Shown here piece by piece: positions 37,700-51,417 of a stretch of 64,000 bases of DNA. How positions within the stretch are numbered: the first letter of the stretch is position 1; each line of letters opens with the position of its first letter. Both the position numbers and the translations under genes were made by a program. The notes beneath the pieces are model-generated. The model saw only the letters and a list, made by a program, of their open reading frames with translations. It searched no databases and was not told the origin of the DNA. The DNA comes from Trichoplax adhaerens (lineage: Eukaryota > Animalia > Placozoa), in the NCBI RefSeq assembly GCF_000150275.1, contig NW_002060944.1:3138152-3202151 (forward strand), in the 5' to 3' direction.

Positions 37700-38590
37700 G
37701 GATTTGATGACCGTGATATAGATTTTAGCATGGATTTAGTCCTTCTTTTATTCTTAGGCTATAATACTGTTAATGGCATATAGAGAATTGTAATTCATAA
37801 TAGATGATTTACCTCTACCTAACCTTTGCATTGTATAATTAATGAATTACGCTAGGAAATTGGCTATAGCATACACATATACTGTAGTATGCAAAGAATC
37901 ATGATTAATAAATGAACTAACCTTTGCACTTTGCATATTTAATGAACGACGCATAGGACACTGGTTATAGCATATAGCATAAACGTATAGAGACCTATAA
38001 TTACTAGATGATCTAACTTTTGCATCGCCCATTTAAATTAATGAATCGCGGTAGAATTTTGGTTACAGTAGGGATTGAGAATGGATTAAGCCATCTCTAC
38101 GTTCCTAGACTATGATTTAGTTCAAGGCTATAATGCTGTTAATAGCAAATAGAGAACTAGAAAAGACGAATTTACCTTTCGTTGCATATTTAATGAATTA
38201 CGCTTAGAATATTGGTTATAACTGGAATTGAGAAATAAATTAACTCACCTTCATATTCCTAAGCCATCATTTAGTTAGCATGTCGTAATTTTAAATGAAT
38301 GGCGTTTCTCTTCCATTAAAGCATTCATTAGCTTCAATGAGCTAACTATGACGTAGATTTAAGAATAGAATTAATCCATCATCCCCTTCCAGACCACAAT
38401 AGTACTTATATCGTTTCATCATTTTTAATGGATGGTGTAACTCTGGCATTGAATAATAATTGATCGTGTTTAATATTATAGTAAAGACATGGATTAATTC
38501 TTGATTCCTTTTTTAGGCTACAAAGTTGTTGATGTTATATCATAACTTTTATTCGATGGCGTAACCTTGCATTGAATAATTGATCATGTT
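37700..38590 (+). repeat. Degenerate ~100-150-bp direct-repeat array upstream of SRCR gene A
   Basis: The core AACCTTTGCA(T)...TTAATGAA..ACGC.TAG.A.ATTGG.TATA recurs at ~37821, 37919, 38015 and 38173. AGGCTATAAT.CTGTTAAT.GCA.ATAGAGAA occurs at ~37756 and ~38125, and GCATTGAATAAT..TGATC at ~38446 and ~38569. Confidence 0.7.
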
Positions 38591-38899
38591 TACTAGCAGA
38601 GTTTGCTTAATTATTCTTTGCAGAAAGTAAACTCTAATCGAGACAATAGCGATGATTGCTATATTCTATATATATATATCTTATTCCTATTCCTGATAGC
38701 CTTTGTTATGCAAACTATGTGAAACTTTTGTTGCTATTCCATTAACTCGACAGGCATGTAGCAATCTCTTTATATTGGCGTATTAACGTCTTTAATTACT
38801 AGTCTAGAAATTAATTGAAGGTGGTAAAACGTTAATATTGATAATTTTAATTACTTCTTTTTGCAGCAATCTGGAGAACGTGCATGATTGAATTAAAAC

Positions 38900-41800
38900 A
38901 TGGCTAGCTCGTGGATGTCGCTAACAAGATGGTTAAGCATCGCTGTGGTATTGGTTTTACCGATTTCGGGTAGGTGGACAATCCTATTAGAAGTTAAATT
39001 TTATTGGTATACTCTATTTTGCACTCTATTTGTTAGGCATTTTTTACTAACTTTTAAATCCCGTTTATCATTTATTTTTAAGATAGTTTTTAATAACAAA
39101 AAACTTGTTGAATATATAAAATTTTATTTTAAGTCTAAAATATTTTAATTTATCTAGATTAAAAATTCTAATTTCGTCAATTTTCTTTTTACCATCCAAT
39201 CGTTAACGATGAAAATATCTAATTTTACTAAAGTAATTTATTAGTTTATCATTTCCCTTGCAAATATGCGTATCTAATATTAATACACTCCTTAAAGATT
39301 TGGCGATAAAATATAACCAAAATTTTATGTTGTAAGGTTTACCAATAATAATGAAAAATATTGAGACTATTCCTCCCTATATATTAAATCTTTTAAAAGT
39401 TTTTGCTTCGTTCGCTTTCTCAATAAACATGAATTCTCGCATGTGACTTCTTTGCCTTTATAGACATTACTCCAATGTTACCTGACGGTTTATCTTAATA
39501 AGATATTTAAAAATTTATTTAAGTCAATGACAACTTTAAAGAGTAGGATAGATCGCAACAACGATTAAAATTTCTTTCTCATTTAGTAAAGATTGAGAAG
39601 TCTTTTAAGTTAAGGAATGCGTAAACGTATTCAAATCGATTCAAGTTAGTTTGTATTTTACAGTAGTTCGGTAAATAATTTTTGCTGCCGGTACATTAAG
39701 TCACAAATTCATTCATTTACCGAAGGATACATCAATAATGGTGATAAAATTGTTTAAATTCTAAGCTAATCGAAAAATCTAAGCAAGATTTTTTTCCGTT
39801 CATGAACCGCTTTAAAAGAATTATTAGAATCGATAATTATTTATTCATTTGTCATATTTCTATTCCATGAATACTACCGATATTATTACAAACTTAAGTT
39901 TTAATGACTTGTTTATTCATCAACTATTTTGAAATCTAATGATATAATCAAGCTAGAAATGTCCCCACGGTCGTAAATTAATGTGATGGATCTGATTATC
40001 TCCTTGAAAGGCACTACCTTAAAAGGTTTCAACTTTATATATAGCAGGTAAAGATGCCTTCACGACTAGTGCAGTCATTTTTAAGGATCTAGAGTTCAAA
40101 AATTAATTAATCAACGAAAGATCTAGTTGCATAATTTACTTAGATCTGTCAATGGCTGAACTGAAAGTATGAAATAACTAAAAATTTAAATGCGGGCTAG
40201 TATATCGCTATTCGCAGTACGTCGTATATTATGGGAAATAAAAATTAAGGTAGCAACTAGACAGATGAAGGTATTAAATACTGCGAGTTGCTATAAGAAA
40301 ATTGATCTTGCCTAAATCTTATAACAGGATTATAAAGGAGTAGTACTGATCGTTATCACCTACAAGAATGAAATTTATGGTATAGCGACGAGAATAGGAT
40401 TGTGTAATACACCTATAAGATCAGAGTATAGTATGATTATTATGAAGCCTGTTTCGTCAATTTATTTCACACAATCTGACATGTTCAATAGCGAACTGTG
40501 CAGGCATGATGAATTCATTATTAAATATAAGCAGTTAAAACTGAATTACTAAAGCTCATATCCCTCCTTATCATATAAATAACTTCCAAACTTTAGTGAT
40601 CACTATTTACGGCATGGTAGCATAAGTTAACCTCAAGAAATTTGTTGTTTAGCTATTTAAAATCACTTTAATTCTTATGGGATGTCCTTGGAGAATTGTA
40701 TACTTCGTATTCTTCAAACGATCGAGCTGATAGATCTAAGTGTGTCTATTTTTAGTGCTGCTTTATTCTTGCTAGATCTTCCCTTAGATGTTTTTAATGT
40801 TTATTCTTCAAGTGATTAGCTTGATAGATATATTTATTGTGCAACATTAATGGTGATATTGTTTATTAAATGGTAGATTGAGAATTTGTCCTAGTCGATA
40901 TCAACGTAATAGCAATTAGAGTATTTCAAAGTCTGTCAATAAATAATACCAAAGTACCGTAGCCCCTCTTATTCTTGATCGCTACTTTTAATCCCATTCT
41001 TCTCATCAAACAGATAGGTTGAAATTTATGTAATTTGCATTGAGGTTTTTTTCTAGAATGTAAATATAACACGTAAATAAAAATGTCAACGATGATATTG
41101 AATATGCAGGACTTGAATCAATTTCAGTCACACATTTCAGACATGATTAATAAATAATTAATGATCTCTTCCTGTAATGTTACTGGCGATGTAAACCAAG
41201 AAATTTTCATGGCTGTTCATTAGTACGATAAGGGTTAAACATCAGAATAACAATTGAGGGTTAGACTGGATCACAAGAATTTGATTTGTCAACTTTTCCA
41301 CTGCAAAATTAAGGACCTGCCAACACATCCATTAGTGATATTAGGCTATGATTGATATATTTATTTTCGTCACCGTTTCTTTAATGCACGCTTGGTTGAC
41401 TTACTAAATGCATTTAAATGTATCTTGATGATGAAGATGATATTGCTCAACTACCGTACATGTTGTTATGGAAATCGTAGAGTAACAGAGCGACTTATGT
41501 AAACATTGAATAGGTAGTCTATTGAATTATACAACGATAACAATTTTTCTGTTCGCAAATAGAAGAAAATTAATCACCAGACTTGATGAAATTGATAATT
41601 GATAGACTTTTACGATATTCGATCTTAATTAGGTTTTCCGATTGATCATCATACTAGATGAAATTGATAATTCATAGATTTTAAGATCTTTGACCTTAAA
41701 CAGACTTTCTAATTGGTCATCATGCTTGATGAAATTGATAATAATTTATGGACTTTACCTTCTTTAATCTTAAATAGGTTTTCCGAGCCAAGATTTACAG

Positions 41801-44800
41801 CAACTTGGCCTTACACTTGATCAACAAAGTGCACGTGAGTAATTTTATTAAGTCATATTTCAGAATACTAATTAAGGATAGCTAAAAGAGATATATAATC
41901 GGTGATCAATCAATATAGTGCGATATAAATAGTCTTGCTGGATTACATAGAAAGTGAATTCGAGAATTAGCGTATTGGTTATATAATAAGCAGTGCTATT
42001 GAAGGTTAGTCAAGACCACATAGTAGAAATGACATATTATAATATAGCAGGGAAATGCGGAAATAGCATCAATAATATTCCTTTTTATTGTAAATACAAA
42101 GGTTACAATTGATAATGAATCGGGGCAGTATAGTAGAAAGACCCTATTTGGTAGTATAATAAAGCGGAAATGGCTTCAATAGTATTATGAATACAAAAGT
42201 AGCAAAATACTTCCTATATAATTGACAATGAAACAAAGTAGCGTACTAGAAATATCCTGTTTAATAATATGGAACAAGAAGGATCAGTAAAAGCTAGTTC
42301 TAGGATTAAACCATAGTTGAAATACACTCTTGGGGAAACCCTGTTCTAGAGAAGATGATATCAATAATGCTATTAATAATTACGCTAGTGATACAAGTAA
42401 ATATTAGTGTAACTATAATTTTAAGAAATCTTAAAGGTAGTTGATACTTTAAAAAATGATTTAGTATTAACTGTAAAATTATAATTACGACGAATATTTA
42501 ATAATCGATCGACCAAGATCAATAGTGATAATAATATAGATCGTGAATTAAATCGCTTAGATCTTCAATTATACAATTATTGCATTAATTTTCAATTTAG
42601 TTAGCGACGCAGTGCAGTTAAATTGTGGATTTGAAAGCGATTTTTGCCAGTGGAAAAACATGATCATCGACGATTTCGATTGGAGTCGTAGGCAAGCGAT
42701 GAGTTGTACCCCTGATACAGGACCTATATTTGATCATACTTTCACCAATGTCTCAGGTAAAATATCAATTTACAACCATTAATTACGACAACTAATGTCC
42801 AATAGTTGATCTATTCTCGCTTTGAACTTCTAGGCACTTTCGCTTTAGCTAATGTAGCATCTTATGCTGCTAATAATCGGGCAATCTTATTTAGCCCTCT
42901 CATAACTAGCGCTCAAACCAGATGTTTAAGGTTTTGGTATAATATGTACGGACAAGATGTTAATGAGCTCTTTGTAGTTATCTCCAATGCTGGCAAAGTA
43001 TGGAATAAAGTAGGTAATCAAGGACGACAATGGAATTTGGCCGAAATTGACATTAGTAGTAGCTACCTAAACTACACGGTAATGAGAATGAAAGTAGAAA
43101 TTTTTGCTTACTATTAAAACATCTTACCGAATTGCAACTTCTAATAGCCGTAGATAAATGAACCTAGTATTAAATATTACGAGATAGTGTACGTTTTAAA
43201 TTATGACATAAGTGTTGAACTTGGATCATTTCTGGGCAACTAATCAATTTATTTTACATCATTTAGATCTATATTGGTGCAGTGAGGGGAAATGGAGTAC
43301 AAGGAGATATTGCCCTAGATGATGTAACAGTTACTAACCAATTATGTAAGATATTGATATTGTCATCACTTTAATTAATTAAGCTCACTAATAACTAAAT
43401 ACTAGCATAGATAAATTCCAAACCATCTTTATAAAGGCAATAATCCATGCGATGCCAGTCCTTGTCTTAATGGTGGAACTTGCGTACCGGTTAATGCTCA
43501 AAACTATACCTGCACATGTACTAATGATTACTCAGGCCAAAACTGTCAAACCTTTGTCAGTAAGTTAAAACAATAATCATCAAATAGCTGTAGCCCATTA
43601 TATTATACTTCTATTATTTGCATGTAGCTGAAATTATTTAAGTTGTATACGGATATGGCTGTTTATACATATCTTTAAAGGTCACATAATTTAACTTGAT
43701 AAAAGATATTTATTGATGCCAAGTACTGTACATCGTATGCGACAAAAGGCATTATATTAATTTATATAATGATTTGTAACAGATTTTATAAAATTACGCT
43801 TTAAGCTTTAACTTGTTTCAATTTATGTTGTACTTATATCTGAAATTTATCTAGATTATACGGTATGTGATTGGGTACTGTATTATTTAATATGATAGTT
43901 GTATAATCTAACTTTAAAGATAAATTATAAACAGTTATAATAGACGTTGGATCAAGTCAGATTAAATTAAATCATGGATATACTAATTTTATTCATCATC
44001 ATTCTAAGTTTCGTTGATATCTTTTATCTAAAAGATGTCCAGGTTCGATTAGTTAACGGCAATAGTACGTCTGGGCGAGTAGAAGTTTACTATGGCGGCG
44101 AATGGGGTACAGTCTGCGATGATATCTGGGATATCAATGATGCTACAGTAATTTGTCGTCAATTAGGCTATCCAGGGGCGGTTGCAGCTATCAGAAATGG
44201 AGGATTCGGTGCAGGTACAGGTACTATTCTCTTGGATGATGTCGCTTGCAACGGCAACGAAAATAAAATTGAAGACTGCTCTCATTCTGGATGGGGTCAA
44301 ACCAATTGCAATCATAATGAAGATGCAGGAGTTGTATGCCAAGGTTTGATAATTCATGAACTAATAAATCTCTATCAATATATTTTGTCGACATCAGACT
44401 ATTCAGTCCATTGATATTTGTTCTTTTTAACTGCAGATATTTAAATTTACATCGTTAAGTATTTGTTCCTTTTATTATGGGATAGTTTTTACTTGATTAG
44501 TGCTGCACTGTAAATAGTAAAATGGACTAGGATATTATTCTTACTGCTATTCTAATTGCTAGTAACTTCTATACTGTATAAGTCTTTCGTTAATAGCATT
44601 GGATAGATTCGTCTATAAATACTGTACCAAGGTATTTAGAGCTCATCGACAATAATGAATCATCGCGTTCTCATCATTTTTAGCCAAGGTTCGCTTAGTT
44701 AACGGTGGAGCGGATTATGGAAGAGTTGAAGTGTATCATGATGGAAGTTGGGGAACTATCTGCGACGATAGTTGGACTAATACTGATGCTAGTATCGTTT

Positions 44801-45792
44801 GTAAGCAACTTGGATTTACTGGAGTCTCAGAAGCTGTTTGTTGTGGTACTTATGGCGCTGGCACTGGCACGATTTGGATGGATAATGTTTATTGCGTTGG
44901 CACTGAGAATTCTATACTAGAATGTTCTCATAACGGCTGGGGTGTTAATAACTGTCAACATACTGAAGATGCTGGGGTTCGTTGCCAAGGTAAGCAATTG
45001 CTGGACTACAATAAATAATCGATTGAAATGCTTAAAGAAAAATACTGAACCAAATACGCTACCGCATCTTAGTATTAACTCTACTGATATTCGATTTTGA
45101 TCTCATCGCACATTATATAGTATGTAAGAAATTGTATTTGGGCAGCACTCTATGTCTCTAAACTTAACTTTTGGCACTCTAATAATTACAGAAAGAAAGA
45201 TTTGCTACTTTTTTACTACGATGCCTCACTCATTTAGTCATGCAACACCAAAAAATTTTAGATACTATAACACATAAAATTAAGCACTCTCAGTATGACT
45301 CTAAATGCTAACAATCGCCTATCGTTAAAGGAATAGTAACACCACTAGTCTCTCTTAGACAAAATTAAACTAAAATTTCATAAAAAATTTAGTCAATTTA
45401 TGGAACATCCACAAAAACATTAGTTATCAATGTGCAGATAATATTTTAAAAGTATGCACGTCCTTATCTATTAAAAACATGTCAAGTATCGTAGTAAAAT
45501 TAATATTAAATGTACTTTGTAACACTGTCATCATTATAAGGGTAGCATTAGATTATTCACCGAATTATTGTGAATGATATACGAGATCTAAAATCAGTGC
45601 TTTCTTACATTTAAAAATATAGTTTCTAGCCGTAAACGTAAATTAGACCATGATATTAAAAAGCTGGCCAGTGAATTACGTGCTGGTAGAAATAGAAATC
45701 ATGAGGATATGAACTTTTTAAGGATGATGAGAATGGAATATGAACAACACCGACGAGATAATAAGAACGACGACGATGACGATAGTCCGTAA
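38900..45792 (+). CDS. Secreted MAM-EGF-SRCR-SRCR protein (gene A). Exons: 38900-38969 (signal), 42601-42756, 42834-43078, 43267-43345 (MAM), 43437-43559 (EGF), 44035-44343, 44684-44989 (SRCR), 45623-45792 (tail)
   Basis: Signal peptide [23 protein letters not shown]; MAM '[12 protein letters not shown]...TGPIFDHT...[10 protein letters not shown]...GDIALDDV'; EGF '[12 protein letters not shown]...C.C...GQNC'; SRCR 'VRLVNG...GRVEVY..G.WGTVCDD.W...C.H.EDAGV.C'. All junction phases are compatible. The joins to the signal exon and to the tail exon are inferred. Confidence 0.85.
41581..41787 (+). repeat. ~72-bp unit x3, diverged, in intron 1 of gene A
   Basis: CT(T/A)GATGAAATTGATAAT...AGGTTTTCCGATTG.TCATCAT starts at ~41581, ~41653 and ~41724. 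Confidence 0.8.
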
Positions 45793-47808
45793 TATGAAAG
45801 GAAGGCTCAAGACCAAACCGTTAGCATTGAAGGAAAAATTATTTAGTACCTACGTAAAATGTATAATTAGAAATAATTAGTTTATTATTGTTATAGTTTA
45901 TTTGAGAGAAATGTGTATAGTGAATTTAGCTAGTACGATATAATGCAATCAATACTATTAAGATTGAATTTTAACTTAGGAAGCTGCTTCATTTTATCCA
46001 TTTTGCACTAGAATTCAAAGCAAAATATTCATGTTTAATACATTAGTTTAAAGTACTATTTAAATTATATGATATGCTTATATTACAACTAAACTAGAAA
46101 GACCGTACATATACATGTAGCTGTAATTTAGTAAAATGTTATCCAAAATTAACTATAGAATTTAGAAGAACGAATAAATATTAACTATGACCAGCAACTT
46201 CATGCATGGTATACCGTATTTCTATCGCTGTTAACAGACTCTAGAATTTAGACTACAAAATTCTTGTTGAAATACATACTTGAGTAACAGAATAAATAAG
46301 ATTCGTCACAAACATCAATAATCGCTGTAGTTCACAGCAAATTCGCAACAATAGTATCTGTACTAGTAGAATTTTTCTGGAACAGCATGCTGGTTCAATT
46401 AACTAGTAATAATGAGAAGCATAAATTAAGGACAGTGTATTAAAATCTCAATGTTTACCCTGAAAAAATTTCACATCTAATTAATCCCGATTAACTATGA
46501 TAATCCAATTTGTGGCCAAAATATGGCATTCTATTTTAATAATAAAATCTGGGCCTTGACTATCGGGGATATTAACATGAGAGGTTAATGTGCTATTCGC
46601 AAGTCTAGTATTTCTCTGGCTGTCTACTTTTACTTCAGTTATAGTAAAAGTTCTGGATCGATTGTAAATATAGGAATATGATTGTTACAACTTCCAAATT
46701 TTGTAACAAGTACTAGATCTGCACTCAGCAAGGAGACCCAGTAATTAAGTTGAAGAACTAACTTTATTGTTAAAATGAAGAGTTTATATACTTTCTTTAT
46801 TGTGACCTTTGATCTACTAACGTAGATCACAAGATCATCACTAACAGAAAGGTTTCCCTAGTTTAGACATTACAAATAGACTATCATGCCAAGTATGGCA
46901 ACATGAGAATACATATATAGATAACCTTAATATAGTACCATAACTACATCTATATACGCCTGACGTGATAACATCGTGATATTTAACCATATATAGAAAG
47001 AAGGTAACATACTAATTATGTAACTATACAGAACGTGACAATGATATGCATTATTAATAAGAAATTGACCCTCAAAGTCTGGAACTGCGTACTGATATCT
47101 CTATTTACACAGTAGCGTGATAAAATTTTTGCAACAAATCCCTCATAATATATCACATGCATTAAATACAAGTATGAAAGGAATGAGATGCCAAAAAGAT
47201 ATATGGCAATTTTTTATGATTTAAATGATTAAGAATAAGATAATATGCATGTTAGACGTAAAGATTTATTCATTTTTTGTATTCAGTGTCTATTAGTACG
47301 TCCGCTTTAGTAAAATTTTCAGAATCAACTTACTCATTTTTAGCGATTTCTATTTGTGAATTCTAGAAAAGAATTCGTTAATTTATTTGTACCTTTCGTC
47401 TTACAATATTATTTCGCTTTATAACGAAAGAAACATTTTAAGATCTATCAATATGCTATGAATAGTAATCGATTATAGCTGCGGCGATGTAAATCCAGTG
47501 CTAGCTTAAGTTCGTATTAGATCCTACATAGAGTTTAAAATTAATTTCTTATGGTATCTTGACATACATAGATAAATAGACTGTGGTCATATTTCTTACA
47601 ATTATCAATCAATAATGCAAATAATTCTTTGCCTTGCTCGTAACCTCTTAAGAATAGCCGTAACTACGCTGCACTATCAGAAAGTTTTTCGAAGTCCTGT
47701 ATTCACTCATTGATCATATTAACGCTAGCAATATAACTCTACTATTCTACTCACAACGTGGTAGCTGTAACATAATTATATTATACGGCTGATTAAAACT
47801 CTTCCTAG

Positions 47809-48610
47809 GTGTTGCAGTTCCCACACTAGGCGATGATTGCAACTTTACTAGGGCCTGGCTTATACAAAATTATTACAATGTTATTATTAAGTGCACTTAG
47901 CGGGTAATAGCGGAGCTTGGCTTATTTTTGCGCTCGATACATCACGTACATATACGAAATTTTATGAGTCGAGAGGTAACTCGGCAGTTGGGTTTGTAAT
48001 AAGTTGGATTACATAGAAAATCAGCTTATTATATCACGTAATCGTCATCTAAATCTACTGGTTCAGTTTCTAATGTGGTAACAAATCTAATTGACGGATC
48101 AACATAAAACAAGAAATGATGGAAGTAATCCTTGTGAGTAATTCAGTCTACGTTGTTAAACAACAAGAGTAGTTTTGCATAACTAATGAAGCATACATAA
48201 ACCACTTAAAGCTCCAGAATAGATCTACTCCCATGATGAAGTTTCTTCTTGATACAAACTCCTTAGCAACCTTTTAATTCTTAGATTGAATGCTATGCTA
48301 CCCATTGGAATGTTCAACCATAATTATATAATTAATAATCCTGACCTGAATAATTCATTTAATAGGGCGTAAACAATCATGAAATTAAATATCAGGTATG
48401 AATGATATATCAATATTAGCTCATGCTGTACGAATCATGGTGGAGACTTGATTCAAAGATGTACTGGAATAGGTTTAAATTCTACTGATCCCTGCAATAA
48501 TGATTGAGAAGTGTTAAGAGAATCAATCAGATAGGCTTATCATGTAAGTCGTTACGGTGCTCTTTCAGTATTAATCACAGCATAGATCACCTTGGTGGTT
48601 ATGAGCTAAA
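47809..48610 (+). pseudogene. Possible decayed tetraspanin
   Basis: Ordered remnants: 'GVAVPTLG' and 'IATLLGPGLYKIITMLLL' (TM1/TM2-like), 'VIQST', acceptor|'IECYA' (two substitutions from the xECCG motif), and 'SCCTNHGG...C...PCNND*EVLRESI..YGALSVLITA*ITLVVMS' (LEL cysteines plus TM4). Confidence 0.3.
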
Positions 48611-49449
48611 ACTATAGCATATGACCGAAATCACAAATCGAAAAATAATAAACGACATTACAATGGTTTAGAAGTCTAATTAGCTGGTATAACGATAATA
48701 GTTATCGTAGAACAATCATCAATATAGAGAAAAAATAGCAATATTTGAACAATTAAGTTTTCGTTGTCGCCATCATTACCAATATCATCACTTCGATAGT
48801 AATATGACCTTTCGAGCAGACTGAACCTTTATTCTACTTCTCATTTATCGCCACTACCAATGGTTGCATTAATATTTACATGACAATATGGCAAATTTAT
48901 GTTACTATAATTGAATTCCATGCGGCATGCAATCCATGACAATTTACTTTACTCTGATACTATTAGTAAATCTTGATTAAAAATTGCGTTTATCTCAATT
49001 CTGTTATCTTTCAATACCTATAATGACTGCCATGATCCAATATGACCTTGTTAAGATCTAATTTGATTAGGAAAAAGCAATAACTTATGATCCTTTTAAT
49101 AATATTGTTATATTATAATCATCTAATACCAGTCATTTTTCTTATTATCTATTTAACTTTAAATGCAAACACCATTATTCTGATTATGTCAATCAATAGA
49201 AAGCAATTTGAATAATATTACCGAATTATCAGTTTATATAAACCTATGTAACATTATCTATGCCATTTTAATTGATCAAATTATTTTCAATGAACGACTA
49301 GTGTATACTGAATTTATTTATAAATAATTACGTAAGAAAAAAATGTTGGGTGTGAATAAAAATTGGCCATTACTTAATTGTTAGGATACAGTAGTTGTAT
49401 AGTCACACAGCTGAAAATCGAGGTGTAAGCCATAGAATAATGTGATCTT

Positions 49450-50930
49450 TACTCTTTATTATCAGATATTTTATTCTACTGTAGTTTATTACAAATCTAA
49501 AGAAAATATCAGCGGATAGTAATAGCTGCTATTACAATTTATAAGAAGTTTAATGTAAAGAAAGAGAGGAACTTATTACAGAATGGCCTCACTTTATAAA
49601 TAACTGGCAAAAATATCTTCAAATATCTTACGAGTAACTATAGCTTCTTAATTAGCACAGTAGAAACTTCTACTAACATAAATGTACCATGAATTATCAT
49701 CTATCTTTTCAAATGCAGCAATAGATGACAACTGATTACATTGTTCAAATACTTTTAGTCGACAACACTATTATATCATCATGATACTAAAATCAATAGC
49801 TATTTAAGTTTGTTAATCTCGCTAACATTATCTCCATATAGAATTCCGTATATCTATTCATATATATCACTTTAAGCCTAGGAGTCTGTAAGAATGAAAT
49901 AGCAATTTCACTTCAAACCACAAAATAATTTAAAAGTTCACTGAATAATTTAGTTTTTGCATCTCAAGTAATAAGGAATCGACCTAGTACCTTCTAGATT
50001 AGTCTTTAATGAATGCTCTTCTATAAAACAATAAGTTGGAGTAATTACAAATACTTTAAAGTTATTAATCATATTCATTAATATTCATCAGTTTCAGTAC
50101 AATTTCTTTTATGATTCAACCATTAATAATATTAAGTACACCATCATTCAGAAGATGACAGCAAAATCAACACCTTTACAGTCAATCATGCTAATACAAT
50201 TTTTATTGCTATGTACATTTATGACGCCTCTAGAGGTAAAATAACTCGCATATCTATCCGCCTACGATATGGTAATTCCTTTAGCTTTGATTTATTGAAT
50301 CGTAGTTATCATCTAGTGTCTTTCCAAACTGTCAATTTTATCCATGTAAAAGCCACTAATTGACCATTTCACATCAAATTATGGAATAGAGATTTAGTTA
50401 TCGTAGTAATATAAAAATCTTTACGTTTGAATGAATTTAAAATCACATGGCAATTAAAATTTTTTCTATTGAAAAATGCATGATTCATTAATTGTTATAA
50501 TGGTCATGATAGACATTAAAATAGTCAATAAGCAAACACTTTATAATGGATTGGCCACTTAAAATACAAAAAGGTCTGGCATATCTGGCCATAAATCAGG
50601 TAAAATATTCATAGAACGTATTTGTAATACTTTATTTGCGTAGATACTTAAACTTCCGGGGATATTACTACTTTCAGTAAAGACATTTGATCTAAATATC
50701 AAACTAGAACAGAAACTGCAATAGTATATTACTGATTGAATCATCATCATCCTGTAAGACTTAATATTAGACCAGATCAAACTCTCTAATGACGATATTA
50801 AATTCGTTCAATCGATAGAATTGAAGTATTTGTCAAATTCCGTAGTAGAATTACTGTCTGACCCTATTAACGTATTGAATAACTAACGTGAAGAAGATGA
50901 AATATTAATAATTTAAGACAAAATGGATAA
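49450..50930 (+). pseudogene. Possible decayed intronless LRR-type gene
   Basis: Long near-open stretches with LRR-like spacing, e.g. 'RLVFNECSSIK', 'L*DLILDQIKLSNDDIKF', 'LKLPGILLLSVKTFDL'. Identity uncertain. Confidence 0.2.
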
Positions 50931-51417
50931 CCAGTGTTCTTAATACTGGTATAATCGACAGTTCATTATTATTAATCGACTAACTAAAATTAATAGTCAA
51001 GTTACGTAAGCCAATTAACCTTTATTATAATTAGATTAGCTTTAATAACATCATTACTATCGATAAATTATTACATTATTATTTTGAATAATAACTAGAA
51101 ACGTGCTCTCGCTGAATAGAACAAGTATTGAATTGAATACTGTTATCTCATAATTAAGGATAATTTATTTTTCCGCTCTTTTTAATGATTACTACCTGTA
51201 TTAATCTCATATTCTATACAATACAAAGAAATCAGCTATGGAATAATACATTAATATTATGTCAACATGGAGATTTATTTGCTAAACAGGGCGCGTCAAG
51301 AATAAAATTTAATTTAAATTAGTTACAAATCTTATGATCTCACATAATATAAGATGTTATTTTGTTAGGGCCCGTTCATACGGAGGGTAATCACTTTGAG
51401 GAAAGTAGATTACCAAA

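Noticed and set aside
44705-44920. Alternative-frame or antisense ORFs over SRCR, ankyrin and TPR exons (also 44163-44357, 53286-53471, 55642-55872, 26927-27112, 27206-27400, 9904-10095)
   Set aside because: Shadows of the real exons, with no independent coding evidence.
46300-46400. EGF-like remnant 'RCSSQQIRNNSICTSR'
   Set aside because: Only two cysteines are retained and there are no clear splice boundaries; too weak to call.
47809-47900. Alternative terminal exon for gene A (GVAVPTLGDDCNF...)
   Set aside because: It is phase-compatible but more distant than the 45623 exon and fits better as part of a tetraspanin-like remnant. Not fully excluded.
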